Shown here: in pieces, positions 46,819 through 58,700 of the stretch
Numbering within the stretch: position 1 is the stretch's first letter
Layout of the letters: the number at the start of each line of letters is the position of its first letter
Notes under the pieces: generated by a model
Databases searched by the model: none
What the model was told of the DNA's origin: nothing
What the model saw: the letters and a program-made list of their open reading frames with translations, nothing else
Made by a program: the position numbers and the translations under genes
Source: Dimorphilus gyrociliatus
Taxonomy: Eukaryota; Animalia; Annelida
NCBI GenBank assembly: GCA_904063045.1
Contig: CAJFCJ010000006.1
Span: forward strand, 1,121,771 to 1,185,770
Direction: 5' to 3'
Length of the DNA: 64,000 nt

Positions 46819-48449
46819 TTATAATTCAGTAGTCAAATTTGAAGTTAGACGTTGAATCCGAGTAGCATTACAAGCTTTACAAAGAATGAGATCATCTAAC
46901 GGGTAGCACCCTCTTCCATCAGCTTCGGAAGACAAAGCCAATTGACAATCATGACACTTATAGCAGTCTAGGTGGAAGCTCTTGTCCATAGCAACAATTC
47001 GAATAGTTTGAGAAGAACCGGACGAAGGCACGATTGGTTTCGAGCAGGCATAGCAGCGTGGAGCAAATTTTCTGTTTTTTAAAAAAAAAAGAGGAAATAT
47101 AAATATTACCATATGGTAAAAAAATTTGAATATTACTTATGAAAATCTTCTAGACAGTAGACTTTATTCGACGCGTCGACAGTAAACGGAACGCCATCTA
47201 ATGACTTGCTGCATACGACGCAGGAGAAGCAATTTGGATGGTATGGTTTACCAGTCGCTCTAACAATCTAATTGAACATACCAAAAAAGTTAAATTTAAG
47301 AATGAGAACAGTAACATATTATTAACTTACTCTATCCGATATAGGTTTCTTACATTGGCAACATTTCTCCAAGGTATTCTGAAAGAAAATATTAAAGTCC
47401 TTTCAAGTTTGTTCAAAATAAACATACCATGTAGCAACTTTCGCAATAAGCGTGCTTGTCCAAACAATAGAACGGTAAACCTTGCAATTCTATGACTGTT
47501 GTTCGATATTGTAATGCATGCGATTAGAAAAGTACAATTGTTGGATTTTATAATTTAGCTACAAACCACAAATCTGGCACTTGAAGCAGGCATTGTGATA
47601 GATTTGATCGATGGCTGAACATCCATTTTCCGCTCCTATTATTGCTTTAGAGCATTTGTTGCATATTCCATAAAAATCGGGTAGTTCCCTAACTGCTTTA
47701 AGATATTCTTTTGAAGCTTCTTCAGGCGTTTTATCTTGTTTCGGAGTAAGGACTCTTGGTGGACTTGGATGTCGGAATCCAGCAGCACTTGGGACGTTAA
47801 TATAATCGGGAGTAGAAATCGGCGGAGTCTTTCTTTCAGTATGTTCCGGGGATGAGGATGACGAAGTAGTTGCCGATGGTGACACAGAAGAAAGATTTTC
47901 ATTTCTCACAATTACTTTGCGTGTCGTGTAGGTAGGCCTTTGAATCGGAATTTCTCTTTCACGTTGAACTTTGGGCCTAGAAGAAGCGACCCTTCTCACT
48001 CCAATCGGAACAGTACAAAGAAGCTGGCTTGGTGCACCTTCTGGGTAGTAATTACCCCTACCTTCGAGTGGGGAACGGTTTTTTACGGGTGTAATAATCT
48101 CTTCCCTAAAAATCGTTTGTTTAGAGACAGTAGGACTTGCTGGAGAAGGGGACCTAGCGGGTGGTAACCCAGGAGAAGGAGGTCGCGAACGGTTGCCAAC
48201 TTTAACTGTGATTGTTGGTTTACCCTCTTGCGTGTCGACGGTAATCGCATCCTGACCAGAATAACGAATGTGTAATTTACCCCTGCTAGTAGGTGTTGAA
48301 GGTCTCGGAGGTGACATGTTGACTCGAACTTGCCCTTCGCCTAATCTTTGCACAGTGGCATAAAGAGGTTCCTCTATGGGCCTCGCCCTCTCGTCGCGCA
48401 TATGAAGCGCCCGCAAATCCCTCTCTATATAAAAAGGTTGATTCATCAT
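46819..48449 (-). CDS. LPP/zyxin/TRIP6-subfamily LIM protein (Pro-rich N-terminus, three LIM domains)
   Basis: LIM1 [30 protein letters not shown]2 [33 protein letters not shown]3 [35 protein letters not shown]; ends TTEL. First ATG at 48449 (the ORF track starts at a GTG). Confidence 0.9.
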
Positions 48450-50015
48450 CGTCTTCCTTAATGTGACTCTGTTGTAATAAGAATGATTCACATATAGTAA
48501 GGCAGAAAAAGCGGGAGAAAAACAACATAGGTATCTGTCCGTACAGTTCGAAATAGGCCTACATGTGATAGATGCAAATTAGAGTTCTAGTGTAAAACTT
48601 ACCAGAAAACATGTCAATCAGCCATAATTACGCCTGAACAGGATAAAAACAATAATATTCTAAACGTTCCTTCTAAAATTATTCAATGGTATAACTGTTC
48701 TCCTTGTTAAAATATTAAATAAATCTCGACTGGAAAAATATGAAACCGCTTTACGAACTCTGTAATACAGGATCTTACTACGATTTGTATTACTACTCTA
48801 AACTAATAACAGTGAGTTAAAAGTTTATTTAAGTTAATTAATCAAACAATTAATTAACACAAACGATTAGAAACATTGTTTTCTATATTTATAGTGTCAA
48901 TTTTAGGTTAATTACTCTATATTAACGAGGGACTAGTTGTTTATAAAAAACGTGCGTTTGCTGTAGTAGATAGATGGCGTACGAAAATATGTCAGATGGA
49001 GCCACATGTACACCCAGGAAAATTTAATGCACGAATGGGAAAACCAAAAAGTTTTTCAACTGCAAAACGAAAGAAAAATACAGTTGATGTTTAGAATTAT
49101 GAAAAGAATGATTAAACAAATGTTCGACATATATTGATAGTGCATTAATCATATTGAGAATAAATTGCTCCTACATGTTAAAAGCTTCGAAATCCTGGAA
49201 GGTCAAGTTTAGAAGAGAAATTATGAACAAGTGAGAAAAGGGAGGTAAGCCTGTTCTAGAGTTGATGATAATTAATAAATCTCTAGGAATTTATCACCTG
49301 TTGCTATCAATGCTATATTTTGCAGTAAGGTTGTTCGAACGGTGCGGAAAAATGTTTATTTATATCTCCTGGTATCGTACCAAACAAGTCGTTTGTCTCG
49401 TGTGTTGTAGAATAGACTGCTTGTGAACATTACTCCCAGGTTGTATAATGTTCGAATTTTCTGATAAGAGGCTTCCAATATCACTCTAGCCTTATCTAAC
49501 ACATTTTGGAAAAGAAATCATAATTGAAAAATATTTATGGAGTTATATAAGATTTCGGTCTCGCAAAGCCTTACTTTTTATATTCTCGTTTCTAATTCGT
49601 AAGAAAACAAACTTAACGAATAACAAACTACCTGGAAATTGACAATATTTTGGCAAACGGGAACGAAGGTTGAGAGCGCGAAAATGCAGCTGTTCCCAAC
49701 CGACCAAATGCACCACTTTGCAAATGGCATGATTCCGTCTGGATATCTGTTCTTTTTAGCGCTTCGTTTGCGCTTCGCGCTAAGAACCGTTTCGGTTTGC
49801 CGACGGAAAGGTCGAACTATTTTCCGGTTAGCCGGCACTACTTATGTCAAGACAAACTCAGCGACCCTTCATAGTTTGGTTCGTTTATCGTAACTAGACG
49901 CCATAACAATAACAGGAGACAGAGAGAACCTTATTATATCAAGATAAGACCGGAAATAAGAGGCATACCACAATGATTATCGACAGGGACAAACAAGGCG
50001 GAGCTTAAAAAATTA

Positions 50016-50080
50016 GCCAATCAGACTCTCGGCCAATCAGCAAAGAGTCTTGGGAGAAAAGGAAAATCGTTGTATATAAG
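50016..50080 (+). promoter_or_regulatory. FoxL2 core promoter: two CCAAT boxes and a TATA-like box
   Basis: GCCAATCAG at 50016-24 and 50032-40, TATATAAG at 50073-80, ATG at 50171. Confidence 0.6.
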
Positions 50081-50170
50081 TTAGTAAAAACACGTAAAAG
50101 TTTATAAACTTTGTGAGCGGCTCATCACACGGTGATTTATAGACATTCAACTCTTGTTTAGACAAACATA

Positions 50171-50920
50171 ATGGATACTCTGCTACTTCCCTCTTACAAA
50201 GGCGAATCGCAATCGGAATTTAGGTCCTCAGACCCCAAGGCCGATGGAAATGAAGAGGAAACTTGTCGGTCAAAAGCACCAGAAAAAGACTACTCGGATC
50301 CTAACTGCAAGCCTCCCTACTCATATGTTGCACTAATCGCTATGGCAATTAAGGAAAGTGTTGAAAAGCGTTTAACTCTATCCGGTATTTATAAGTATAT
50401 TGTGGAAAAGTTTCCATATTATGAAAAAAACAAGAAGGGCTGGCAAAACAGTATAAGGCATAATCTTAGTTTAAACGAATGCTTTATTAAAGTACCCCGA
50501 GAAGGAGGCGGGGAAAGAAAAGGCAACTTCTGGACTTTAGATCCCGCTTTTGATGATATGTTCGAAAAAGGTAACTATAGAAGGCGTCGAAGAATGAAAC
50601 GGCCTTATAGACCAACTGTTGGGGGCTTTACAACCAAGTCATCTTTTGGTTTCGACCAATTCTCACCGCTCCTCCATAAACCTCCTCCAACAGCTAACTA
50701 TTCACCATATTGTAGTCCGACAACTCCTACTTATCCTCCGTGGGGCTATTGCGCATCAACGTTCGGCCATCAAGCATACAGTTGTCAACGTATGGCTCCG
50801 CCTACCTCCTATTATTCTCCGGCGTCGACACCGCCCACATTCGGTTGCCGTCAAATGACAGACGTCTCGTCCTATTCGACGCCGTATGCCAGTTGGACTA
50901 ACGATAGGCAAACGTTGTAA
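50171..50920 (+). CDS. FOXL2: Forkhead box L2, intronless
   Basis: [74 protein letters not shown] is diagnostic of FoxL2. Confidence 0.96.
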   Translation: MDTLLLPSYKGESQSEFRSSDPKADGNEEETCRSKAPEKDYSDPNCKPPYSYVALIAMAIKESVEKRLTLSGIYKYIVEKFPYYEKNKKGWQNSIRHNLSLNECFIKVPREGGGERKGNFWTLDPAFDDMFEKGNYRRRRRMKRPYRPTVGGFTTKSSFGFDQFSPLLHKPPPTANYSPYCSPTTPTYPPWGYCASTFGHQAYSCQRMAPPTSYYSPASTPPTFGCRQMTDVSSYSTPYASWTNDRQTL

Positions 50921-51284
50921 ATGAGATAAGGTAATATATGTAGTTTTTATTCAAAACAACCGTGCGAGAATGTTGTGACAGAATTCATCAAGGCAAAAAC
51001 CCAAAAACAACAAGACGCGCGCCTCTTTCCTTATAACATCCGAATGGAGGTAAAAAAATATTTAAAAACAAAACGCCGAATTCGATACGATCGCTAACGG
51101 GGTCGGCGTTGGAGTTAAGTTTAAATAAACGCCGCAAGCGTCACTACTTACGATTCGCTATTGCTAGCCTTTTTTCCTCATATCTACATTATTTGATACG
51201 ATTAGCAACACGCCTTCGCTTTTCATCTTTTTCCAGCATTATTTTTTATTTTTTCTTTCTTTCTCCTAACAGGATTCCTCCATT

Positions 51285-51378
51285 CTCTCTCTCTCTCTTT
51301 TTTTCTCACACACACAAACTCTCTCTCTCTCTCTATCTATCTATCTATTTCTCTCTTTCTCTATATCTATCTTTAGCT
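51285..51378. repeat. Compound (CT)n/(CA)n/(CTAT)n simple repeat
   Basis: Visible dinucleotide and tetranucleotide runs downstream of FoxL2. Confidence 0.85.
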
Positions 51379-52407
51379 AACCATCTATCTCTTCACAACG
51401 CGTATTCCATGGAACGAGCTTCGAGAATCCCCGTTTGGTCGGCGTTCATACTAGTAAAAACAAGAAGAGGAAAGAAGAAAGAAAGAACCTGCCATTTTTA
51501 ACTTTCTTTTTATTTCTTCTTTTGACAAAATTATGATATGTTTTTTTTTAATAAAGAAATTTAAAACACTTAGAAACTTGGTATTAATTAAACGAAATTT
51601 ATACAACTTTTATTCGCAGAATGTTAAAAGTTTCAGCAGCTGCCCTTAGCGGCAGAGATTTTTGCGCGCCAGCTGCCAAGCGAGAACTTTTCCCCAACTT
51701 TCGACGCCTTTAGAAAGAACGCATCCGTCGAAGATCTTATCCAACTTTACCTCCTCTTTTTTCACCTATTCTTTTTGTTTTTAAACCAAGAAAGTGAGAC
51801 ACTTATTTAGTAATTCTGTACTCTGTTTTACGTAATTGTAAAACGTTACGAGTCTCGCCTTACATGCCCTTATTCAGTATATAATTACAATGTATGTATT
51901 ATACTGGAGAACAGACACATAAGTTATTATATTTACATTAACATCTCTCGTGTGTTCATAAACGCTGTAATTCTAGACTTTTATGGCATAAATAGGCCAT
52001 GTACAATTTTTCACTTAAATCGAGCTGTTTTTTCCTATTATGTAACAAAATATTAACTTAAAAACTATATCTGTCTCAGTTTACATTGTTTGTAAATGAA
52101 GGAAATCTTTAAAAAAATATCTTTCTTCTTTCTATTTAACATAAAAGTCATGATTATTACGGAGAAGGGCTGCTGCGAATAGAATGTTTATACGAGTAGC
52201 CTGCTATCTGATGAATAAACAGCATTTGCTGACTGACACTCGCTGTTTGCTTTCGACTGCTTTTTTCGCCGATTCGTTTATATATGCATTATTTGTGCAA
52301 GATGCACGACCGTGGTTGGAAACCCTTTTAGTAATGGTTGTCGCGTGTTTTGACATTAAAAGGATAGAGAATAAAACGTCTGTAACTCATCACGATAGGA
52401 ACTGTAT

Positions 52408-53839
52408 TTAACCTTGACGTCCGATGTCCTGTCTCTCCTTGAGAAATTTTAAAACTCTGTCATTTTGGCAAAAAAACCTTCTAGCCTCTGTGCAAGATGC
52501 ATTAGTGCATTGTGGACATCTTAGATGATATTGAGTGGAGCACGAGTCTTCTGAATTAAGATGCTCAACCACTATTTCACTAATAGCCTTAATAAACGTC
52601 GGAGAGTCGTTAAGCGACGCCGCTCTTCTTATATTTTCTATTTTTGTTTTTGATGCGAATTCCTTCGCATATTCCAAATCCAATTCAAATAGAGTCTCAA
52701 TATGATCACTTGTAAATGCTATAGGAACAAGTAGTTGATTTACAAATCCATTGGCTGCAAGTCCTTTCATTGCCTGGTCAGTAGCAGGGCCAAGCCAAGG
52801 CAAAGGACCCACTTTAGATTGCCAAACTAGTCTATAACTATGTGAAAAATTCAGAGCCTCCATCACCTTCCAAACAGTCGCAGCAACTTCCGCTGGATAA
52901 GGATCACCTCTATCAACAACTTTCATGGGTAGAGAATGAGCGGAAAAGAGAATAACTACGTCTTTTTGTACCGATTTGGGAAACTTTTCTATTTCTTGCT
53001 TAACATTTTCGGCTACAGCTTTTACAAAAGTTGGATGAGTAGGCCATCGGTCAATTGCCGTCCAAAGCATCTTCGAAACATCATTTCGCTTCTTATAGTG
53101 CCGGGAGATGGCGTTTAAACTCGATCCGGTGGTGGAACAGCTAGGATTTCGAAAGTTGATTGTTTTCAACAAAACCTTCAACAGTATTATGCGTACCTAT
53201 ATTGCGGATATTGAGAAAATGCTATCGCTCTTTGACATCCATCCTTTTCCATCTGATCTATAGCATCCTCAGTTAGTGGATTGACATAACGGAAGCCAAT
53301 GTAAAATTTGTGTGGAGCTATATAGAACGAATGCAAAAGTCAATAATGACATTAGTCTCATTTTCCGTAAATATGCAATTTCTTACCAGTTTCTGGACTT
53401 AACTTATCAAGTAGTTCTACCATTCCCTCTCCTTGGAGACTAGTCCATTTGTGAATTGGAGATCCCCCGCCAATTTCTGCATACTGTTCCTTAATTCTAG
53501 GCGTACGACGTCTGGCGATAAACTTAGACGTTTGGGATTGTGCTGGAAGACGCATGAGATCCCGATCAGAGAATAGACGAAGGAGGAAATCGTGAACGTC
53601 GTCTAACTTTTCAGGTCCTCCCATATTAAGCATTAAGATTCCTGTTTTTGGTCGAACACTCTCGCTGGAAAAGATAGATTTTGCTTAAGAACGTTACTGT
53701 TGCAAGTGAATGACCGATTTTCTGTCCTACTTATTACTGAATAATATAAATTTAATATTTACCTTAGCTGGCGTGATGCTATACCACATCTAAAATTATT
53801 TAATATTGCTGAGCTCTTGAACAAGTTTCGAGTCAACAT
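52408..53839 (-). CDS. FECH: Mitochondrial ferrochelatase
   Basis: Presequence-like exon from ATG 53839, [61 protein letters not shown]; C-terminal CPQCTNASC retains the [2Fe-2S] cysteine pattern. Confidence 0.97.
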
Positions 53840-54325
53840 CGCTAATTATCTGTTTTAATTGTTGAATAATAAGAGAATTTGTTTATACAAAGTAAAAGTT
53901 ATATAAGTTGTCGTAAAATACATTACAAATTTTCTCTAACACATGTAAAGTTTAAATATATTAGCAACATATTGAAATATAATACAAGATCATTACTTAA
54001 TCACTTACTTATACCACAGCACTCACCAACTTATGAACATGAGCGATAATATGAATTTAAATAGAGCTTATTGTGAAGGCAGCTTTCGGAGAAAATTATA
54101 ATTAATGGTAATTCTATTTGAAGTTTAACTATCAATAATAAGACTTTTTTTTAACAGGAAACATAAAATTTTATACTTAATTTTCAAAGTAATATTTTAT
54201 ACGAAAATGTAGAATACTGTCAAGGACCAATTTTAGTCAGCCTACGAAAGTATCAGAAATCAGCCGACCTTTAGTTCATTAGCTGATCTTGTAATCTACA
54301 CATTTCTAAATTTGTCAGACAAGCG

Positions 54326-55329
54326 ATGGAGTCTCCACATCCTTATTTTCCAAAAGACGTCGTCATTCCAAACTACGTTCCTAATGAGGGATCAACTTTA
54401 GAGATACTTGCAAAGTTTGGTGCAATTACAGTTGTAGTTGTAGGTGGTACATATGCCTTAGCAGCCAAATCAAAACTTGGTTTTAGTTCTATAGAAAAAG
54501 CTAAAATATGTTGGCTGTCTGCTTGTTTCTTCATTCATTTCTTTCTGGAAGGCTATTTCAGTTTAAACTATGACACTTTTCCAGAGAAACAAAATTTTCT
54601 AGCTCGTTGTTGTAAGTATTTAATATTTTTGTTTCCACTAAAAAATAACCCTACATTTATATTAAGGGAAAGAATATAGTAAAGGTGATAGTCGATATAT
54701 TCTGTAAGTATTAATAAATAGTATTTTTGTTTTTTTTATTAAAAAAAACAAGATATTTATAAATAATCTAGTTTATTTTTCAACAAAAAGAAAAGATACG
54801 TTTACTGTTTGTATGGAAACAATAACTGCCTTTATTGATGGGCCACTTTGTCTTATAGCAGTTTATGCATTTCTAACAAATAAACCTTACAGGTATAAAT
54901 TAAAATAATGGTTATGCAATAGAAATAAGATATCTGATCAAGCTGTGAAGACTTATCTAAATGTCTCCAATAGATATATAGTTCAACTAATCGTATCTCT
55001 CTGTCAACTATATGGAGATATCTTATATTTGTCGTAAGTCAGAAGTATAATTTGTTCTGATCGTGTTATATTTCTTATACATTATCAATACAGAACTGAA
55101 GCATTCGAAGGTTTTCAACACGGTGAAATTTTCCATCCAATATACTTTTGGTTCTATTTCTTCTTCATGAATATTCTCTGGATAATTATTCCATTTGGCT
55201 GTATTGTTGAAAGCTTTCATAAAGTAAGTAGTATTCATAATTAAAGGATAATGTTAATCATTACCTCGTTATTTTTAGTTATCAAAGGCACAGTCGACCG
55301 ATGACAGCATGCAAAAGAAAAAGGCATAA
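54326..55329 (+). CDS. EBP: 3-beta-hydroxysteroid delta(8),delta(7)-isomerase (emopamil-binding protein)
   Basis: HPYFP start, [55 protein letters not shown]; five introns; ends KKKA* (dilysine ER-retrieval-like signal). Confidence 0.94.
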
Positions 55330-55701
55330 GAATCATTTTCTTTGAAATTAGGTTTTTGATTTATTAAATGAACAGTAATAATACATTATGTATTATTTTT
55401 TATTTTGATCAAAGTTGATTGTTTGTTTTTTAAATATAATTATTCAATGAATGATATTTATTTGGTTAAAGGCTAGAGTGCAGAAAAATTTGTATAAAAC
55501 ATGCATCTTCAAAAACATCTTATAACTAAAAATAGAGAAGGATATTTATCGTTATTGTACTGACATAATTCAGTTATTCAAAAAGAGTTGCATTAAACAA
55601 AAGTGTTATTTCTTTATTTCTATACTTCTTGTAGAGAGTATTTCTTGTAAAGAAATGAAATGTTAATAATAAATTCGTAAGTGTTTGGTTTTCTTTTTAA
55701 A

Positions 55702-58700
55702 TTATAAACGTTGGAATCCCACAATACGTTCCTCTTCTCTTTCGTCGTCGGAGTCGCTAACAGCCAAATCGTGCTGTACGTTAGTTGAACCTGGTATTGA
55801 TTGAAAGAAGGCGGTAGGATCAAAACTGTCAGCTTGATCTCCTGTCTCAAAGGATTCTGAGGCATCCTGAGCATTTTCATCAATATTTAAGGGAGGTTTT
55901 CGACAATCGTCGGAGTCGGAATCTATATTAATCAGCAATTAGTTTGTTTATGCTATTGAAGAAGATATAATACAAATATAATCACCATCAGAGCTTAAAC
56001 GGCTTCCTTTTGATAATTGATGAGGATGAGGGGTTTTTCCACCGTCATCTTCGTCACTTAATTGCAAATCTTGAGCAAGAGCATCATTATCTCCATCGTA
56101 ATCATCCTTATCGTCAAGATATTCATTTTCAACATCAACGAAAGATTCGTATTGTACTTGTTGTCCTCCACTCATCATATCATTACCTTCACCACCGTAC
56201 TCAGGAATCGTTAAATTAGTTTCATCAAAATCTAAAGAAACGAAATAAATATTTTGTAAAGAACATTAATTAAACTAGAAATAAGTTTATCTTTAATTAA
56301 AAAAAAACATACCTCCAGGCTCTTCGGTACCAGTAATGCTAGTTCCCGTAACAACTGAATCTGTGTCGACAAAATCGAGCATAGCTTCTCGTCGTTTTCT
56401 TATATTTTCTTCTAGGCCACTTATGGTTTCTTCTTGCTCTTGTAAAGCTTTAACAGCAGTATCATATATTAGTTGGGCGGTTTCACTTATTTTAGACTCG
56501 GGTCCATTATATTTTTTGCAGTTGGCAACAATTAGCTGAACATCGTTGAGGAAATCTTCAGAACTATGATAACAATGTTGATTGACGTTCTATAGCAAAG
56601 AAAAAGAAGATCGTAACAGGATTACAATGATATTCAATTCTGACATAATATTAATAACATTTCTTTAAAATGATGTAAATAAAAAAAGCAACGTAATTCT
56701 GTGTTATGTTTGGAGATAGTTAACTGTTAATGCGTAACATACCTGCAATAGTTTGCTGAAATCCATAGGTTGTTTAATAACATCGTAGTAGTCTTTGAAA
56801 AACTTCTTTTTAACGGGATAATGAAAGGGATATGACTGTTGTTATCAAAACATGTTTTTTTTATAAATAAACAATCAAAAGAAAATAGAAATGTCGTAAC
56901 TTACTCCCTCTATTGGTATCAAACGCTCATTAATGACTGCCTTAAGAATATATTCGAAGGCATTTTGATCATTATCATCCAACAATGGATTAATGCATTT
57001 TTCCAATTTCATTAGTTTATCTTCTTTCTATATTGATTTTTTTGAATAGAAAATAAATCAAATGAAATTATACTGAATAAAACATTCTAATGAATAGAAA
57101 TTTTAGATAAAGAACAAACCTCTGCAATTCTTTGTAAACATTTATCTATCATTCTCTGAGCTGTAACGGTTAGCATAGATTTTGGACCGTTGTATAATTG
57201 GGAATTTTTTACAATGAGATTAACGTCCAAAATAAATGTTTCTCTACACAAATATTTTTTATTCCTCAAATTCTAAAAATTTTTTAATTATCATTTTAGA
57301 AATACATAAAGGTACAAAAAAAAATCTCTCGATTGGTAAACTTACTTCTCTGATGGTTTGTAAATCCATTGGATTTTTAACAATTTGGTAATAATCAGGA
57401 ACTGTTTTACCGTTAACCGCAAACAAGAAAGGTTGAGTCTAAAAAAGTTTGAAAAGATTTAATCAAGTTTAAGACAGTTGATTAAATTTTGTTATTACAT
57501 CTGGCAGATCTCTCATTTCATTAAGAATATTCTCAAATATTGTGGTCATGCTTACAACCGGATCTGCTCTTCTACGATTCGAAACAACTTTACTTCGTTT
57601 CTAAAACGTAAATAAAAAAAATCAATTACGCAATTTATCCAAGTTAATATTTTAAATAAATTGACTTACGTCCAAATAATCGCAATGAACATCTGTTCCT
57701 GCACGTTTTCTCTTCCTATCAAGCCCACTTGCATTATTAAATTTCATTAATAGCGACTTTTGCTTCACTTCTTCGGCTCTTTAAAATGTATTTCTTAATT
57801 ATATATAGGTAGTTAATATATATAATGTAGTAACCTTCTAACAAGTTGTTTTGATATAACTAATTTTGTGCCCTCAACATTTATTAAGTCTTCGTCCACA
57901 AGACTCTTACTTTCCACATCATCATGTTGTTTCCCAGACATTTTCGGTGTACTAGATGTATTAGTTATAGTAGGTGTCGCTGAGGATGTTCCACTTGCAG
58001 TTCCACCACCTTTGTATAGAGGGCATACTTTGTTAGTTCTCATGTGCCCGACAGCGCCACAAGCTCCACATTTTAACTAAAATGTATAATATTAATATTA
58101 ATAAAAGAATAGTCCATTTAGACGCCTATGATAAAAATTATAATATTTCATTTACCTTAAGCATCTGTTCCTTTCTTTTCTTGTTATGTTTTCTTGGAGA
58201 AGTATCCCCTGAAATCCCAAAGTCTGATCCCTTATTAGATCTTTTGCTTATATCATTGAATTTCTTTTTATCTCTTTTGTCATCCATTTGTAGGGGATCA
58301 TTAGGATTAAAGGATCGTCTGCGAAATGAAAAATAATTCTAGCTGATTAGCCTTATTCATGAGGAGCAAAAAATTTCTTACGTTTGATTGCCATCACTAT
58401 TTTGTCTTACTCGTACATAAACGTCGATAACTGCTTGCTTTTTAACGATTTCAGTTCTTGTAAATATTGAACCATCTTCATTTCTAAACGTTCTTGTTAT
58501 TCTTAACGTTCTTTTGCCGTCCTCATCATCTTTCTTCTTTTTCGGTGATGAATCGTCAAAATGACCAGATTCAATGGCTTTATTTAACTGCTTTCGTTCT
58601 GCTTCTTCTCGTTCATGACTTATCTAGAATATTTTTCAATATGAGACATACGATTTTGCTCGTCATTAATAGACATAATTTCAGAAAGCAAACAAATTTT

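Noticed and set aside
49578-49893. Overlapping short ORFs on both strands upstream of FoxL2, with a small GCGCTTCG repeat/hairpin
   Set aside because: No recognisable domain, signal or splice structure; the GC-richer sequence is better explained as regulatory DNA.
54923-54948. Decoy acceptor in EBP intron 3 reading RYLIKL*, resembling the true exon start RYIVQL
   Set aside because: Hits a stop after six codons and needs a very short intron; the similarity is too short to call a duplicated exon.
56693-56698. 6-nt AG|AATTAC|GT candidate in a 153 bp TAF1 bromodomain-2 intron, reminiscent of the vertebrate neuronal TAF1 microexon
   Set aside because: Weak donor (GTTGCT) and the upstream intron would be only 44 nt. 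As I recall, the vertebrate microexon lies after bromodomain 2, and the equivalent intron here shows no candidate.
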